64,000 nucleotides of DNA from Mobula hypostoma (GCF_963921235.1 NC_086097.1:67272001-67336000), one strand, 5' to 3'; shown: positions 12,380-25,779, numbered from the stretch's first letter. Translations and numbers: made by a program. The notes: generated by a model from the letters alone, not told the origin.

Positions 12380-13040
12380 TTAAAAAAAGATTTTAAAAAG
12401 ATACCGCAAGATTTAAGATAGAAAGTGAGGAGATAATAAAGCCATCAAACTTGTAGATAAGACCATTGGTCTATATGGATTGCATATTTATAAATAGTCC
12501 TTAAAATCTCTATCATTGTCACAGCTAACAGCTTATAGGTTCTCTATTTATAGAAAGTGAGAGAGAATGTCCATGAAAATTGTAAAGCAGTTTAAATGAA
12601 ATTGTTGGCAGGAAGTGTAGTAGAATTGTTATTCAAAGATGTAATAAAAAATCTAGAAATTTAAAATAAACCATATACAAGTCAGTGTGGATTTGAAAAG
12701 GACAGGTTATGCCTGACTAACCTTATTGGATTCTTTGAAGAAACGATGCATAGATTAGATGAGGTAATGCAGTAGAAGTAATCAATTTGGGTTTTCAAAT
12801 AGCCTTCAACAGCTACTGCACAGACACATGGCAAAGTATAAAACATGAGGGGTTGAGAGGAGCAGAACAAAAGGAAATCTGGTTAAAAAGCAGAAAGAAG
12901 ATAATTATTCAGACTGGCAGAACATGAGATGTGATGGGCGTTGAAGACTGGTAGACGAATCACTGTTGCCTATCACTTACAATACATGAACAATTTGAAC
13001 TTCAACACTTTAACTCCAACATTTCAAAGTTTGCAGATGA
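12380..13040 (+). mobile_element. Ancient decayed CR1 RT fragment
   Basis: gtcagtgtggatttg...tgcctgactaaccttattggattctttgaagaa (CLTNLIGFFEE-like) and aagtttgcagatga (KFAD). Confidence 0.6.
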
Positions 13041-13799
13041 ATTGGATTGGTTTATTACTGTCACATGCTCTGAGGTACAATGAAAAGCTTGTCTTGCGAA
13101 CTGTTCATGCAGATCCAATCATTACCCAGTGCATTGAGGTAGATAGAACAGGGTAAAACAATAGCAGAATACAGAATCAAGTGTAGCAGCTGCAGAGAAA
13201 GTGCAGTGCAGGTAAGCAATAAGGTGCAAGATAAAATTGGAGTCTCATGAATGTAGAAGAAGGCTATTAAACTACAAAGCAATGTTAATAAATTCACTGA
13301 ATGTCTATGTGCAGTAAATGCTTATCAATATAATTTTAGAGAAGTGCAAGAGGGTGTATTTCAGTTGAGGTAAAAAATAAACAGCTCTATTCTATTGCCG
13401 GTAACTAACTCCCATCTGTTCTGTCTGTCTCCAAATAGTTCCATCCTCACATCTATACGCAGGCACTTACTATATGTCAGATGCTATTCCTGTGTCTGTA
13501 GCTGGCTCCAGCCCACCATATATATTTATAACCAGTCCAATTCCCCGATGAAAAGTTATAATACTGAAATTGCAACTGCTGCTTCCTCCGCAAACACTGT
13601 TTGACTTGCTGATTTTTTCCCAGGATTTTTATTCATTTTTTCCGATTCTCTATATTTATGTAGCACCATTCCCCTGCACTCAGTTCCATTCCTTGGAGCT
13701 GCTTGTATCCAGTTCCATTGTTCTGTTTGCACCCAGCTCCATTCTACTGCATCTGTCAATATGGAGCTCCTGATATATCCCCAGTCTATCTGCATCCAG

Positions 13800-14165
13800 C
13801 TCCAAGCCGCTCTGTCTGAACGTATCCAGGACATCTCCAAGCAGTGATGCCTCATTGAGGACCCTCACCACCCAGGGCATACCCTCTCCTCGTTACTACC
13901 ATCAGGGAGGAGGTACGGCAGCTCCACAACACACACTCAATGTTTTCGGAACAGCTTCTTCCCCTCTGCCATCAGATCTGTGAATGGACCATGAGCACCA
14001 CCTCACTTTCTGCTCTCTTTTTGCAATACTTTAGTTATTTTTATATGTACATATTTCTTATTGTTACTAATAGTAATCCTTTATGTAGTGCACTGTACTG
14101 CTGCTGCAAAGTATCATATTTCATGCCATATGTGAGTGATAATAAACATTATTCTGATTCTGACT
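13800..14165 (+). mobile_element. Rex1/Babar-type LINE 3' end
   Basis: cccagggcataccctctcctcgttactaccatcagggaggaggtac...aacagcttcttcccctctgccatcag, ending aataaac...ttctgattctga. Confidence 0.65.
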
Positions 14166-14849
14166 CAATTCCATTTCCTTGTGTCGTCGGTCTCCAGCTT
14201 CCTTCTCAACCTGTCTCTACCAAGCGCCATTCTCTGGGGTTTTTTCCTGCTCAGCTCTGTTTCCCTGGACCTATCTGTACCTGGCTCTATTCCCCTGCCT
14301 TTATGCACATCTCTTTTCACCCGTTCCTCTCTGCTACCAGTTCCAGTCTCCCAGACAGAACTGTTACTAGCTCCATTCTCTTATATTGGACTATTCCCAG
14401 CTCCATTTACCCATGTCTGCCTGTACCTGAGTCCATTCCCCAGTCAGTCCATTGTCCGACTGTTCGATCGCCTGTATCTCTGTATACTGAGGGGAATGAA
14501 ACAGGGAGCAGAGGCAAGGAACGGAAGTTGTGTACAGGCAGAATAATGGAGATATTCCTCTGCCGCAATCTGTGTCTATATCCAGCTCCATTCTTCAGGG
14601 CTTTTCTGTGCCTTCTCCATTGTCCTCGCTACACCTGCCAGCTCCACACATTTGAATTTGTTCTTCATGCGCCTGCCTGAACCCTGCTTCATTTTCCAGT
14701 CACTATCCAAATTGCTTGTCATATGTGCCCTCTTTCATAATGGAATAGCTTGCATCTGTAATTAATTGCTGCCAATCCGGGCTGAAACCTTAAAGTTCCT
14801 ATCTCTCTCACGGCATGATATAATAGTGACATGGTCGTATGATACTCCT

Positions 14850-15300
14850 CTTCAAGATTAAAGATCCAAGATTGTTTAATGTCATTTCCTGTACATAAGT
14901 GTAATGAGAACAAAATAATTGTTACTCTGGATCCAATGCAGCACAAAAAAACTCCCACAAAATATAAAGAACACAATAATAAAAAAATATATAATCATGT
15001 AAAATAGCTTATGTACTGTATATAGTTTGATTGTATGTTCATAAGGTGACACTAGGCTGACACAACATGACTGATGGGAAATAATCAGGAAGCGGTGGAG
15101 TTAGTGGGTGGAGGTGTTGATCAGCCTTACTGCTTGGGGAAAGTAACTGTTTCTGAATCTGGTGGTCCTGGTGTGGATGTTACGTAGCCTCCTCCCTGAT
15201 GGGAGTGGGACAAACAGCAGGGTGTGTGAGATCCTTCATGATGTTACTGCCCCTTTTCTGTAAATATGTCCTTGATGGTCACTAGGCTGGTGCCAGTGAT
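14850..15300 (-). mobile_element. Rex1/Babar-type LINE 3' end
   Basis: Minus-strand match to the same 3' motif (gcctcctccctgatggg...ggatccttcatgatgtt-like) with a short tandem tail near 14850. Confidence 0.55.
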
Positions 15301-16699
15301 GTGTTTTTTTTTTGTTCTAGACCAATGTTTTAGGGGTTGTTCATTGTCTCTGGGTCTCTTGTTATATTTGTGGCTGGCAGAGAATGAAATTTCATATCAC
15401 TCTTGCTGCCTTCTCCATGGAAGTCACAGCCTCACGTGCCCTTTATGTTCCCGGTGGGTTTGACTGGATTGCTTCATTTTAGTTTGTGCATAACTTGTTT
15501 TTGAGTGCCTGATCCAAAATATCTTCAAAGTTATAATATGTTAATGCAGCACTATAATACTCTTAGTTTTCAACTGCATGTTGGAATTTATAACTCTCAT
15601 TTTGCCAAACATCTGTGGATTAAAAGTATTCTCCCAACCTTTGAACTATGCTTGCAAATGATATATCTTGAACTTTCCACGGAGCTACAGCTGGGAGCTA
15701 CTTTCTGTGAGTAATTTAAGTTGCTAAAGCTTCCTTACACATCATTCAACGCCTGCTTTTTCTTCCACACTGTTTACTAGTTCAAGAATATTATTGACGT
15801 CAAAGAACATCTCCATTACTTCTGTCAATTTTCATGTATCCTCAAGCGGATTTTGGATACTGCTGGAGTTCTAAGCAGATCTACTTACCATAGCAGTCAC
15901 AAGACACAGGAGGTGGATTCAGGAGTCGAACAGCAAGGGTCCCTTCCTTTTCCCGGTGATTACATCGTCATGTGTTAACATCATACAATTGGGTGACCTG
16001 ATTTACTTACATGATTATACTAGTATGACAAGAGAAATTCAGGACATAAAGGATAGATGGATTTAAGGGGTGGCAAATTAGGGAGTAAAGAATAGGAGGT
16101 TAAACGGTTGGTTTTACAAAAAATTAGAGTAGCTGGAGGTCAGTGTGGGGAATGAATGTGAGCACAAATCAGTGGGTTTCTGTGCTGTAAATTTGGAGGC
16201 TTTCACCCCTCGTCCCTCACTTCTGTTTAGTATTCACTCAGCTGGTCTATCAGGTTGAGAATGTCCCTTTCTCACAAAGCAGAGCCTTGAACTGTGCCAG
16301 TCTTCTGTGATGAAATTAGATCCCATGGGTAGTCAGAGAAAGACTGAGCCATGATATAGCTGAGAAAAACTTTGTTAGATTGAAAGTCACACCTTCAACA
16401 TTGTCATCTGTCAAACCCATTGAGCTGATGGATTTCTGAACATTACTGGAAACATTCTAATAAAACATAATTTTTGAAAATAATGTCATCTAAAATTCTT
16501 AAATAATTAAGAATATTATTTAAAAATGTAAGATTTTAATACTTATTTTTCATACTTGTAAAATCTCCATTGAAAGTAATAAAAATGCCATGTGATTCGA
16601 CATCCTTCTGGGATCTCAATTATCATAGAAGTCTACAACAAATTCAGTTCACTCCTTGTGATAACAAAAGTGACTGAGAGTACTGGATACAGTAAAGGC

Positions 16700-17130
16700 T
16701 ATGGGGCTTACAACATCTCAGATGTCATACCATAGGCTTGATTTCCAGAACTAGTTGTACCTTTACCAAGCTGCTCCAGAATGGTTGCATCACTGTCTGA
16801 CAAGGTGGAAAATTGCTTGGGTCTGCCTTGTTCGGAAAAGGCAGGACAGATCCAAACCAGCTAATTAACAGTTAATCAGTCATCCAAGTGACGGAACATG
16901 TTGTCAACACCGTCACTGAGCATCACTTACTCACCAAACAAGCTAGAGATTGGACTCTAACCTAGGCTGGGTCCAAAATTGGATAAATAAAGGGTTAATT
17001 TCACAGGTGAAGTAAGAATGATTACCCTTGACAGCAAGGCGTCCCTGTCTAGATAAAGTTAATGAATATCAAGGGATAAGGTTTCAATGACTAGTCGAAC
17101 AACACACAGAAGAAAATGGTGATGCTTGTT
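16700..17130 (+). mobile_element. Decayed L2/CR1-group LINE RT fragment
   Basis: tggaaaattgcttgggtctgccttgttcggaaaaggcaggacagatccaaaccagctaat reads as a WKIA.VC.V.K.QD.S.PAN motif. Confidence 0.5.
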
Positions 17131-17606
17131 AGTGCAAACAGCGTATGTGCTGGGAAATCAGAGCCAGTTCACATCCAGCAATGGAGCATTTTGAAAGAGT
17201 TTCTGGCTGAAATCTGTGAATAAGTTTGGGACTTCCAAATTTGACTGCACATGTGCCAAATTCCTGGACTTACTTGCATTTATCAGGAAGATTTATCCTC
17301 ATGTAATTTAAATTATTGGTATAAATTTATATTAAAACAGTGACAGTTTATGACAGTTTTTTGTCAATCAGAACTCTTCAAGAATTAAATTTGGAAAATA
17401 AATATGATGTTGAACTGCTGTGAATTGGAATAATTTTCCTAGATATTGCAAAACTAATTGACTGTTGTTATTTTACAGTTAAGAGTTAAAATGGGAAAAC
17501 AAAGATGATGTTGAACTGCTGTGAATCAGATCTGTCTTACTGGACTTTTCGAGACCCCATTGACAGGCATTTGTGCCTTGATTTTATAATTCAAGGAAGG
17601 TAGATG

Positions 17607-18002
17607 TGTAACGATGCTTCAGGCAAACGGACCCAGGTGCAGAGTAAGCTAAGGACTCACTAGTAAAAATTAATAATGTAGATTTATTCAGAGAATAACA
17701 CAGGGAATAATCAAGTTAAGAGCACACAGAACTCAAAACCAGGACTCAGTGATCAGTGCTGGTCCAGAATAACCTTAAATAGAACATAAAACACAGGAAA
17801 CCCTGGTGGGTTGAAATCAAAAACTAATCACTTAAGAATGAAAAGCACATGGAAATGGCATTCACATAATGACTATCACAAAAATCACAGTGACAGTTTA
17901 ATGATAAAAGTAGTTTATTTAACAACTCCAATAACTCAAATAAATGACGTTCAGGTGTGTCGAGACCTGCAATTACCCCAGTGAACGGAAGGGATCCTGA
18001 CA
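17607..18002. mobile_element. Putative solo LTR (Gypsy-like)
   Basis: Begins TGTAAC and ends TGACA. Flanked by agatg and agaag (5-bp TSD with one mismatch). ~400 bp. Confidence 0.55.
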
Positions 18003-18525
18003 AGAAGAAATATATTTTAAAAATCATACATTAAAGGTAATGTGTTTTCTTTGGCTTAGCTTTTGTAGTTATGGTGAGACAAACAGCACCTGTAATGGAA
18101 CCTGATTTAACTGGAAAGTCATTTCAGAATCTCAGCCCCTGTTTTGAATCTGGGATATATATGATCGGGTAAATCAGTGATGTGTGTCTTTAACAAATCG
18201 ATTTATAGAACTTTGATGTGTCATGCAGCATCTGAACCAGTAAGTCAATATTAGTTCAGTACCAAATGGTGTACAGAATATCGGAACATTAAGTGGAGGA
18301 ATAGAGAATTGGAATTGGGCAGAGAGAGGTAAAAGAACAAAAAAGGTGTTAAATACATCAACAAAATTACTTTCAAATCTCCAACATTAAAGTAATTCAG
18401 AAGGGTTAAGGAGCTATTTTCCCAAATGTTAATTTTTAATGTTGGGGAAGTTATTTTGCAGCGATGGCACATTAATAAGCATGAAGTAACTTTTCTAGTG
18501 CATCCACTGGGTACCTTTTACATGA

Positions 18526-18575
18526 CAAATAAGAGAAAATCTGCAGATGCTGGAAATCCAAGCAACACGCACGAC
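18526..18575 (-). mobile_element. 50-bp Penelope tail-only insertion
   Basis: aaatctgcagatgctggaaatccaagcaacac is the reverse complement of the Penelope terminus. 13-bp TSD accttttacatga / accttttatatga (18513-18525, 18576-18588). Confidence 0.75.
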
Positions 18576-19229
18576 ACCTTTTATATGAGTATTGCATTTC
18601 CTGCTCTTCCATGTATTTTTTAAAATGTAGATTCAATCCGATCTGAGTCTCTACTAAGATGGTTGCACTATTATTTTAAATGCAAACTCAAGCTTACTAT
18701 TTCTTGCCTGTACCATATTACATGCTTTAGACTACTCATAGTAAAAAAATATTTTACATTACAAAGAGATCAAAGACCCTTGTCAGTGCCCTGAGATCAC
18801 TAAGACTGCCCCTGGAGCTCCAGTCTAAAATGATTTGGACACGTATTCCCCTCCAAGTTGAAGAACACAGCACATGAATTATCAATTCTTGCTGCAGGGC
18901 ATCTATTGGAAAAAATCATGTATATTCTATTTAAGAAGTGAGCTTGATGAGTATTGCTAATAACGTTGGAAAATGCAACACCAGTGAGAGATGATGGGTC
19001 AGTTGAAGATCACAAATGCTTGCATCCATTCTTAATCTGAGTGCCAAAATGGACACCTGTTGAGAAGATGTCTCAACTTAGATACCAATGCATTGAAAAG
19101 AGTACTGAAAGAAAGGAGAAGTGTGCCTGATTATAATTATGTCACTCAAAAAATTATCCCAAAACATCTTCACAGATAACAATTTAGATCTCTGGAGTCT
19201 AAAGATGTATTTGTTTTTACTATTTGAAT

Positions 19230-22200
19230 GCTGACAAGGGATTTATTGGGGAACAGACAATGAGTTGGATGATCAGCATACCTGAGGCTGCAGCAGGACA
19301 CAAGCTCCATAGTTGCACATGTGGCTGGGCAAAGGTTACTTCCACTACAGGCCTGAAAATACATCAGGGCAGGAAAGGATGCCTGAAGAAGGGGCAACAG
19401 GGACCTCGCATCGACCGCTACTTTTTGAGAAGCAGGTCGAGTCAGTCAACTGAAGTTCGGCAGCAGGACAAAACCCAAAGCGTGCAGAAAGTCAATACCC
19501 CTATCCCAGCGGAGGAAGAACAAGGCACAGGAGAGCAACCCGAACCCAGCCCATTATGACCTGCAATGGAAAAGAAGATCCGGGGAGAAAGCCATTGATG
19601 AAGTGGCCAAAATCCTGCGAGAAGACAATGTGGGAGGAGGTCAATGCTGACCTCTCCAACATCTTAGAGATGCTCAGAGGCACCACCATGAAGAAGTTGG
19701 AAAGAGTGGGGGAATTAATCTATAGCTATAGAGTGGAACGTTTTGGAGTGGTAAAGAGGAAGAGAACTACATTGACGATCCCCACTAAGTCCAGGAGGCA
19801 CAAGGAAATAGATCGTCTAGTCAGAGAGAGGAGGCAGCTGAAGAAACAATGGAGGAAGGCCACAGAGGAGGAGAAGGAAGGCATAAACCTGTTGCAAGCA
19901 GACATCTGGAGCAGGCTTGCGACACTGAGGAGAGCTGAGAACCTGGTAAGGAAGCGCAGGAAGGAGGAGCGAACAAGAATTCAAAGATATATAAAGATCT
20001 CTTCAAGTTTGTGAAGGGTCTCTTTACAGGGGAGAAGAGTGGAAGTCACTCAGCGTCAAAGGCAGAACTGGAAAAACACCTGGAAAAGTTATACACAGAC
20101 CGCCGATGCCATGAAGAGATCATCCTCCCACCTGGCATGCCACCTGTCCATCCACCGGAACACCAACTAGATCACCTAGATGGAGTGAGGTGGAGAACAT
20201 TGTGCATAGAGCAAGGGCCGCATCAGCCCCAGGTCCCAATGGAGTGCCACACAGACTCTACAAAAATGCACCAGGTGTCCTGCGGTTCCTCTGGAGGCTC
20301 ATGAAGGTGGTATGGCATAAACAGGAGATACCAACATCCTGGCAGAGAGCCGGAGGAATCCTGATCCCAAAGGAAAAGGGTTCATCAGAAATCGGCCAGT
20401 TCCACCAGATTAGTCTCCTAAATGTCGAGGGCAAAATCTTCTTTAGTGTGGTGGCTCATAGGCTGTCAAGATATCTGTAAAGAAACCATCTGATTGATAC
20501 ATCAATCCAGAAAGCAGGGATCTCGGGCTTCTCTGGCTGTCTGGAACACGCTTGCACCATCTGGCATCAGATCCAGGTCACCAAGAAGGAGGGAACAGAT
20601 CTTCATGCGGTGTTCCTGGACCTCACCAATGCCTTCAGCTCAGTCCCTCATAACCTCCTCTGGACTGCTTTTGACTTCTTCAGGGTCCCAGTGGCCCTCA
20701 CAAGCCTATTAAGGCCTACTTCTAGGACGTGCAGCTATGTTTGACAACAGCAGATTACACCACAGTGTGGCAACATCTGGAAGTGGGAATCATGGCCGGT
20801 TGTACCATCTCCCTGCTAGCCTTCCCCATGGCCATGGTGGTGGTCAATGGCAGATATCCCACCCTGCAAAAACTCATTTCAAGGAGGTAGCACCATCAAT
20901 TTGTGGGAGACTCCTGGAACTTCTGAGAGAGGTGGGATGTCTGCAATAGAGTAGCTCCTTAGCAGCTAGCCAGCTAGTTTAAATAACGTTAGCTATGCTA
21001 ATGAATGAATGACACCTGTTAAGCTCACCTCATCATGTCTTTTACAGTCTTAACCCACCAGGGGCAATAGAAAAGTCACTGTTGCAAACAGTGCAGCGAG
21101 CAACACTGTCATTATTTTTGACTCCTATTAGGCAGGGGTACACTTTAGTGTAGTCTGGGCGATGTACGTTTTATAATTTCTTTTTTTGGAACACTCTGCC
21201 ATGGCGCGCTCTCGTGCTCTCTCTTGCTTTCTCTCTCAGTCTTGCGCTCTCAAAAAAATCGATTTCCGGGATATTGTACATAATTTGCGGGCATCAGGGA
21301 GCCACTATCAATATGCCGGAGACTCCCGGAACTTCCGGGAGAGGTAGGATGTCTGCGATGGGTGGTTGGAGGACCTGGCCTGAGGCTGCGGCCTATCAGA
21401 GCATACATGGATGATCTCACAAAACTCACCACGAGCAAGGGTTATACTGTACGCCCGTTGAGAAAGCTTCAAGAGAATATCGAGCAGCTTCGGCTGAAGA
21501 TCAAGCCGAGCATGTCCAGAAGCATCTCTATCGTCAAGGGGAAACTGGTAGACCAATGGTTCTACATGGGCGATGAGAGAATTCCAACAGTCTATGAGAA
21601 GCCTGTGAAGAGCCTAGGTCGGTGGTATAACGCATCCCTCAAAGGCACAGAGCAGGGAGATCAGCTCAGGAAGGATGCCGTCAGTGGCCTTGACAGCATC
21701 GACAGAACCACACTCCCTGGCAAGTTGAAGCTCTGGTGTAAGTAATTTGGGCTCCTTCCACGCATCATGTGGTCACTAACCCTGTATGAAGTTCCAATCT
21801 CGAAGGTGGAAAAGCTGGAGCGACTGATCAGCTCATACGTAAGGAAGCGGCTTGATCTTCCCAGGTGCCTCAGCAGCATAGGGCTCTACGGCAAGGGAGT
21901 CCCACAGCTACCCATTTCCAGTCTTTCAGAGGAGTACAAGTGCGCCAGAGTGAGATGGGAGATGATGTTAACAGAGGCGATTGATCCACTTGTAGCACAA
22001 GCTGCCCACATCCTGGATACTGGGAGCAAATGGACTCCATCAGAAGCAACCGAGTAAGCAAAGGCAGCACTTGAGCACAGGGAGATCGTGGGCCGAGTGC
22101 AGCAAGGGAGGAGCGGTCTTGGCCTTGGGGACAGTACACCAGCCTGGAACAAGGCCGTTCCGTCTCAGAGACGCAGGCTCGTGACGCAGGAGAAACGTCG

Positions 22201-23290
22201 GCAGGAGGAGGCAGCAAGGTGCGCAAAGGCCGTCACTCAGGCAAGGCAAGGACAATGGATGAGATGGGAGGGAGTGGAGAAAAGAAAGATCTCCTGGAAG
22301 AAGCTGTGGGAGATGGGGACATTCAGAGCGAGATTCACCATCAGGGCTGCCTATGATGTCTTGCCGTCTCTCATGAATCTCAGCCAGTGGTATGGAGAGG
22401 ACCCCGCAGGCTCCCTCTGCCTGACTTCAGCAACACTAAAACACATTCTGCTGGGCTGCAAGACCAGCCTTACTCAAGGCCGATACACCTGGCAGCATGA
22501 CCAGGTGCTACGGTGTCTTACAGCAGTGCTGGAAAGTCGGCGGATGAGCGTCAACGCTCTCCCTCCCCTTTCATCCCGCTGGCTGTTAGCAGCATTTGTC
22601 CGGGAAGGTGAGGGTCAAGCCAAACTCGACACATTGAGACCAGACACCGGGTGGCTAGGCGGGGTACGTGATTGGAGGATGGTGGCAGACTTAGGCCAGA
22701 GGCTCTGCTTCCCAACTGAAATCGCAGAAACCAACCTCAGACCAGACCTTGTGCTATGGCTGGGCTCACTCCACCTCGTTTACATCATCGAGCTTACAGT
22801 GCCCTGGGAGGATGCAGTGGAGGAGGCCGACGAGCACAAGAAGCTGAGGTACACTGAGCTTGCAGTCAATGTGCAACAACCTGGCTGGACAGCAACGGTC
22901 CGACCGGTCAAAGTAGGCTGCAGAGGATTTGTAGCCACATCAACATCAAGGCTACTCCGGGAGCTGGGAGTGAGAGGGAAGACACACCAACAAGCAGTCA
23001 AAGACCTCTCCAGAGCTGCTGAAAAGGGTAGTCAGTGACTCTGGATGAACAGAAAGGATTCCATCTGGGCCCCCAAGTGAGTGAAAGGCATCTAGGGGGT
23101 GAACCCAGGATGCCACGATTCACTGCTGAACCCTCCAGAGGTGTCATGGGCCTATCAGCAAAACACTGAGGAAAGAGGGCGCCCACTTGATAGCCCAGAA
23201 GATGCCACCACTCACTTGGCCACCCCACAGAGTCTAGGCAGCATGTCTCAAGGGTGCAAATAAGGAATAGTAACATCTAGTCCTACAAAA
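19230..23290 (+). mobile_element. Decayed non-LTR retrotransposon with restriction-like endonuclease (HERO/NeSL/R2 group)
   Basis: N-terminal Zn finger CTCGW...GLKIHQGRKGC; APGPNGV, ISLLNVEGKIF and AYMDD RT motifs; C-terminal HILLGC, HDQVL and RPDLVLW...IIELTVPWE...KKLRY RLE motifs. Many stops and frameshifts. Ends are approximate. Confidence 0.9.
20851..21355. mobile_element. Non-autonomous TIR DNA element (hAT-like) inserted in the RLE element's RT
   Basis: TIRs cagatatcccacc / ggtaggatgtctg. Flanks caatgg and cgatgg (6-bp TSD, one CpG-type change). No ORF. RT sequence continues on both sides. Confidence 0.7.
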
Positions 23291-25779
23291 CATACCTGCT
23301 GGCCTAGCAATTCCACTGGAAGTTGTAGCAGCAACAAAACAATGGCTGTTCTGGTCATGGATCTGTTGCTGCAGATTTCTGTCACTGAGAATGAGAGTAC
23401 AGTAAATGCCAGTTTGCCAACAACATGTCCCATCACTATGATTGAGAATAGTCTGACTGATAATTATCTGGATTGGGGTTGTTCTGCTTTTGGTGAACGT
23501 AACTGGACCATTTTCCATATTGTTGAGTAGATGCTTGTGTTGTAAAAATGCATGAATAACTTGGCTGGTGATGTATCTAGCTTTGGAAACAAACATCTTG
23601 CCATGTCACTCTATGTCTAGATAATTATTTTGCTTTCATATTGTTAAATCATTTGGTAAACAAAGCTTCAGCCTGTCTACATCATGACAAGCTCTAGTAA
23701 TAAGCTCTCAGTAACTCTAAATCCTGTCTGCCTGACAATCACCAGGAATTACCTTATGTCAAATGTAAGTTTCTATTTGCATTTTCTTATAGGGAAAGCT
23801 TTCAGGCTTCTCAAAATTGGAGTATTCATAACTCAAAAATACATCCCAATTTTAATGTAACCTTGACAGTAAAGGCATTAGCAGTCAGGAGCCAGCTAAT
23901 TTTACCATTCCTAGCCCAGGGATATCAGAACCCATGTCAGATTCAGCTACAGAATCAGCTGACTCTGTACAGAGCAGACACGATGCAGACAATTCCAGCT
24001 CCTGTGTTGTTTAACCACACCGAGCACTGCATTTAACACCGAACCATCAACACAGCTTAATGATTTACTTTCATTCCTGGCACACGATTTGAATTGTACT
24101 GAATTTTGCTTGCCATGGTATCTTGCATGTGAATTAACAAGCAGTGGGATTGTTCTAGATAAGCTCTATATTTTTAATTTTAGTTATATAATGACATTAG
24201 GATAGGGTTTCAGAGTTATGCTGAAGAATAAGGTCACCTTCATGCTGTTCCAGTGAATTCTGCAGTAAGTCATACTTGAGTCAGCTAATTATTATGCATG
24301 ATGAATATTCTCAGTCTCCAACCAGCTAATGGCTGGATCATTATTCTTTTACAGAGAAGAGCTGGGTTTCCACTTATTGAAGATGCTGAAGTCCAAGGTA
24401 AGATAGTCCACTCTTCCAGAAGCAGTAATCACCATGAGGATATGAGGATATATGACCATTCCACTCCCCATTTCTGTTTGACAATCTGGTCCAAGAAAGA
24501 TTTAAGTATTTACCAAGGATATATATTTTTAGGCAGCAGTTCTGTTGGCTGGAGCATTTTTTAAATTTGAATTTAGAATCATACGGATTTTGAGGAACTG
24601 AAACTGTACAGAAATCATTGTTCCAAGATGAATGTTTGATTTAACGTGTTTCATAAGGTATTTTTTGAATTTAGTATACACTAAATGGATAATATAATGA
24701 GAAAATCTTTTCATGTTCAATAAATTGAATAAATTAGATAGGTTTTGTACTCCTGCCAAAATTTTTCAAATTCATTTTTGGGATGTTCAATCTGTTATTA
24801 GTCTAGAAATAAGAGTGCCAAATATATTCATTTAAATTGATATAATGCACATATATCATAAATATTGTTTTCCGTTAATTTATTTTTCCCTTTCTAAATT
24901 ATTTATTTTATCTTCATGATGGCCTCATTTTCTAGGTGAGGTAACAACAGTAATAGCTGAGGGTGGAAAGTTTTATTGTGAAGATCTGCTGCCATATGTG
25001 AGAGGGTACAGAGGTTTCATTAATGTCACCCACTTCTAATATGTTGCAAGAGCAATATTTAAAATATTTATTATTTTTAGTGGAAGCAGCCTGGTTCAGA
25101 CTTGTAGTCTTTGATTCCACCCAAAAACAAACTTACGGCATAGTTATATAGCAAGGCCATTGACCAAGCCACCTCTGCCAGCAACAAAGGTTCTTTCAGC
25201 AGAACAGATCGAGGTGCAACTAATTCACTCAGCTGCAGCTGGGGCTATCATTCACTGAAGCCAATTGCTTACTCTTTAAATTTAGAAACGAAACAATAAA
25301 ATTGAACTCCAGCTACAAGTTACAAGGCAAAGTTTTTGTCACTTTCTTACTCATAAATTAGTCTGGCTAAGCATAGTCACTTTTGTACTTGGACACGATA
25401 CCAAAACTTGTGCAACTGTGGTTATAAAGAAGGCCACTGTTGAAAATAAGGGACTGCTCATTTAAAACAGGTGAGGTAGAATGATATTTCTACATGAGGT
25501 CTTAAGTCTTTGGAACTGTCTTCCTCAAAGGGCAATAGAAGTAATGTTTCTGAATAGTTTTAAAGAGAGTTTGACCAATTTTTCTTAGACAATGGGATGA
25601 AAGGTCTCTGGGAGTAGGCAAAGGCATGGAGTTAGTGTTACATTTGGATTAGCTATAATCTTATGCATTAGGCCACAGGCACAACTTGTGAGGGGGTTAC
25701 CCTGGTCTTAGTAAGTACGTTATTATGTAGATAGAGCTTGACTTTCCATTTTTATCATTCATTAAACTTCAGTCATCAT

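Noticed and set aside
13940..14680. 246-aa ORF
   Set aside because: It spans a LINE 3' UTR and low-complexity pyrimidine-rich sequence and has no recognisable domain.
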